Part shown: positions 61,035 to 64,000 of the stretch, piece by piece
Position numbering within the stretch: the first letter of the stretch is position 1
How the letters are laid out: each line of letters starts with the position of its first letter
Made by a program: the position numbers and the translations under genes
NCBI GenBank assembly: GCA_032718475.1
Contig: JAUCBJ010003138.1
Coordinates: forward strand, 1 to 64,000
Reading direction: 5' to 3'
DNA from: Nemertoderma westbladi
Lineage: Eukaryota > Animalia > Xenacoelomorpha
DNA: 64,000 nt
Notes under the pieces: generated by a model
Told to the model about the DNA's origin: nothing
The model's input: only the letters and a program-made list of their open reading frames with translations
Database searches by the model: none

Positions 61035-61353
61035 AAGAGAGAGGCAATCAGATGCACGTAAATCCGCCAGATGTGCCATTGTGTAGAGGTACAATTAGTG
61101 GACCTATTCATTAGTCCGCTAGCGGCCGATGAAGGAACTATAACTCTTGTGTATAATTTCTAAACTTTTGATAGACTACATGTGTAGCAAATTTGGTTCC
61201 ATTTCATGAAAAATTGAACGACCTATTAGCGTTAAACCATTTCCAACATAGACGACAACACGACGACATACGGATCCACTAATTATACCCCCACGCTGAG
61301 GTTCACCTGTACTTCCGTGGCTCGCCCCATAACGCAACAAACCTGCAACTAAT
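61035..61353. mobile_element. Short HINE-like element, related at its end to the 14.8-15.9 kb element
   Basis: Starts ACAAG, has a GACGAC/ACAAC microsatellite remnant, shares CTTC(C)GTGGCTCGCCCCA and the CTAAT end with 15810-15856. Confidence 0.5.
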
Positions 61354-61367
61354 CTTATCCCGCTGAC

Positions 61368-63528
61368 CTTCCAGCTCTAACACTTCATCTTCATTAATAC
61401 CGCATTCATCTTTCATTTCTTCTCTGTTGCGAATTATAACTTCTCTATAACGAGAACTACATCGCTTCGCACTCAAGTGGAGAATCACCAAAGGCCATAC
61501 AATAACTAAAATATTAATTAACTAATTAATTTTATAGTTGTAAACATGTCGTGTTAACGACATAATTATAATGTTGACTTATAGTGAATTTCAATTTGTA
61601 TAAGAAAGTTACTGTAAAAATTTATAAAGTTTCACCAAACTAAGCTTCCGCATTATCTAAATTCACTTACAGTTCTGCATTATAGTAAACGTGACCGGAA
61701 GTACAACACCTAAATCGGCATCGGGTTGCTCGAAATTCAACCGAACCATAACGGCAACTAATCCAGCGTTCTGTAAACCAATCTCCAGGGCAACCGTCTT
61801 CACTGCCGAGTACCGTTGTCTGTTAAAAATACACAACTATAGATAGACACAGATTGTTATTTATTGTACTCCTGGTAAAAGGACGCCTTGTTAAACCGTG
61901 GACATTCTTCTTAAAAGATGGAAACTGATTCCGAAGGCAAAGATATAACAACTAAATTAAAAGTGAGTGAATCCTGGATGATGGGACACACAACTTGGTA
62001 ACTTTTTCCAAATGTCCATTTAGTTCCCCGTGGATTTTGAAAAAAATAATGAGGAAATGTGTCCGAATGAATTAAAGAAGAAAGATTAAAATTATGTTAA
62101 CGACTTATTAACCTCATTAACCTCAAATCTTGGGATAGGGGTAGCGCCCACCCCTACCCTCGGGTAGCAGCTATTGAAAGAGGAGCCTTCAGGTAGCCTC
62201 CGGCTTCGGCCGACTGTTTGCTTGCTTGCTTATTAACCTCATAATGTACTACAAAGATACAAAGAATGTAAAAAGAACACGGATATATATTAGGGGCGGG
62301 TGATTCAACGTACCTCAAGGCTGTTGTAGATACAGCGCCCAAAGTCATACCAGAAATGGGAAGCAGAATAACAACGCCCATCATTTTTAAATCCATTAAG
62401 TAAAATATATACAGACCATTCCAGACGGCAATCGCAATAAATATAGTAAGTACCTAAAGAACGAATATTAGGTTACAGAAAGCAATAAAATAAACTTGTG
62501 AACATCTAATCGGCGGAAATAAATTACTAATATCGCCAGAAGAATAATCCCTGGTACTAATTTAGCTACCAGGGATTATACCAAGGATACAAGGCAGAGA
62601 TGCGCCCTGGGTAGTACCGATAAAGTATTCGGGACGAAACGAAAACTGCCCAGCCCCATGCGAAGATCGAATCCACGACCTCCGGATGGATGTGCATTTA
62701 AGGCAACGGATTTAATGGGTGGAGGGGGGGGGGGGGGAGGGGGGATCGCACCTCCCTATTTTGGAAAATCTAAAAAACTATATTTTATCCTATCATTAAC
62801 CGAATTTTAAGCAGATTTCAAATCTTTAAGCAGTTTTTCTCATATCTTTTACCAAACTCAAGTTAATTGCCAATACGTAGTAAGAGCTAGTCTGACTTTT
62901 GACAAGCCTTCGAGCTTTAGGTGTTGTCACAAATCCCACCTATCCCTCTCAGAATGACGTTTTTTCATGAAAAAGTTATTATCCGCTAATTTTAACTGAA
63001 ATGAGATGATATTTGGTACACTTGGTACACTTGGTACACTTGTTCAGAATACAAATGCAATGGAACATTTTCATGTCAAAAAGGCCCAAATATAGCCCTT
63101 TTTACGGGCCTTTTTCTTCTAAAATGGCCTTATCCATTTTGGGGCAAATTTTCGCAGTATTTGGTAAGGCTATTCTTAAACAACCCTGACGATGTTTAGT
63201 AACACACAAAATAATTTTCACTCTATTAGGGTCAAGATGGAACTGAATAAAAGATTTACATTATAAAACTTATTTTAAACCACTACTTATGAATAATATT
63301 AGTAAAACAATGTACTTACCACAAGTAACACCACTTTTAAATATTTCGTAGATTTTTTAATATATTTCGGAAAACAATAGTATAAGAATACACCGAAACT
63401 ACAAGGGATCACCAGATATAATAATGTTAAAGCCATGTCGCTGTAGGGTAATTTATCTATCGTGAAATATTGCCCATCCGAATTGGTTATCCAACGCGTG
63501 TATATAAAGATGTTGAGAGGCATCATTC
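61368..63528 (-). CDS. SLC10-family (sodium/bile acid symporter-like) gene, 3' exons: 63528-63320, 62453-62314, 61819-61671, 61505-61368; possible last exon from 60964
   Basis: GT-AG exons with matching phases give GMMPLNIFIY..LLYLVIPCSFGV..LPISGMTLG..RQRYSAVKTVALEIGLQNAGL; the E-x-G-x-QN and GMMP motifs are typical of SLC10. 5' exons are outside the window. Confidence 0.85.
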
Positions 63529-64000
63529 CTAGACAAATATAATAATAATAATAATATTGATATTAATATATATTAATCTATGCACACCCAGTCAGTCGGG
63601 GAAAAACAGCAATACTATAAAATATATATTAAATTTGTAAAATAAAAACATATTTAATATGAGGTAGCTAGAGTTGATAAGGGAGGGGGGGGGGGGGGGG
63701 GGGGGCTCTGTGGGCAAGTAAGGTCGTGGTATATGTCGCTAGCAGAATTGAGACAGAATTTACAGATTCATTCGGAGGTTAAAGCGTGGAAAGAGGTAGT
63801 AGAAGAATAGAGTTTGTGATGGAAGCCGTGAGATGTAAATCTGGTTATGTCCATTTTTCTGGTTACTGTTTTTCCAAGTAATTAACTTGAATGCCGGTCC
63901 TATTTATTAATAATTAGGACCGGCATTCATTTAATTAATAATTACATTTAAGGGACGGTTTGTCCCTCAGATATGGCTTAGTCCCACCAAGTCTTCCAGC

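Noticed and set aside
63888-63929. 15-bp-arm palindrome TGAATGCCGGTCCTA..TAGGACCGGCATTCA (also a smaller hairpin at ~62546-62579)
   Set aside because: Real but isolated and intronic; most simply collapsed MITE remnants, with no evidence of function.

Overview
AT-rich, intron-containing animal genomic DNA (probably a marine invertebrate; taxon is inferred), mostly nested transposable elements. The main result is an uninterrupted minus-strand ORF of at least 2618 codons (7856 to beyond position 1), missing from the ORF track because it has no stop inside the window. It encodes a Helitron2/Helentron-type protein: C2HC finger, 17-aa repeats, HUH-Y2 Rep and PIF1 helicase. Where Helentrons normally carry an APE endonuclease, it is fused in frame to a RuvC/RNase H-fold domain with the motifs of poxvirus A22/Ydc2-type Holliday junction resolvases (GIDPG..EQ..RKK..KADDYGDA), possibly followed by a second, degenerate copy. 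A second unusual element is a ~14-15 kb APE-RT LINE locus whose reconstructed ~1380-aa ORF1 contains a Ulp1/SENP-like protease domain, split by a gag-only BEL/Pao-like LTR element. The window also has three ShKT exons, the 3' exons of an SLC10 transporter gene, CRE- and RTE-like LINE fragments, a 5'-truncated LINE with a TSD, a tRNA-derived SINE, Mutator-, Tc1- and piggyBac-like non-autonomous elements, and several minisatellites. All domain calls come from motif reading by eye; no searches were run.
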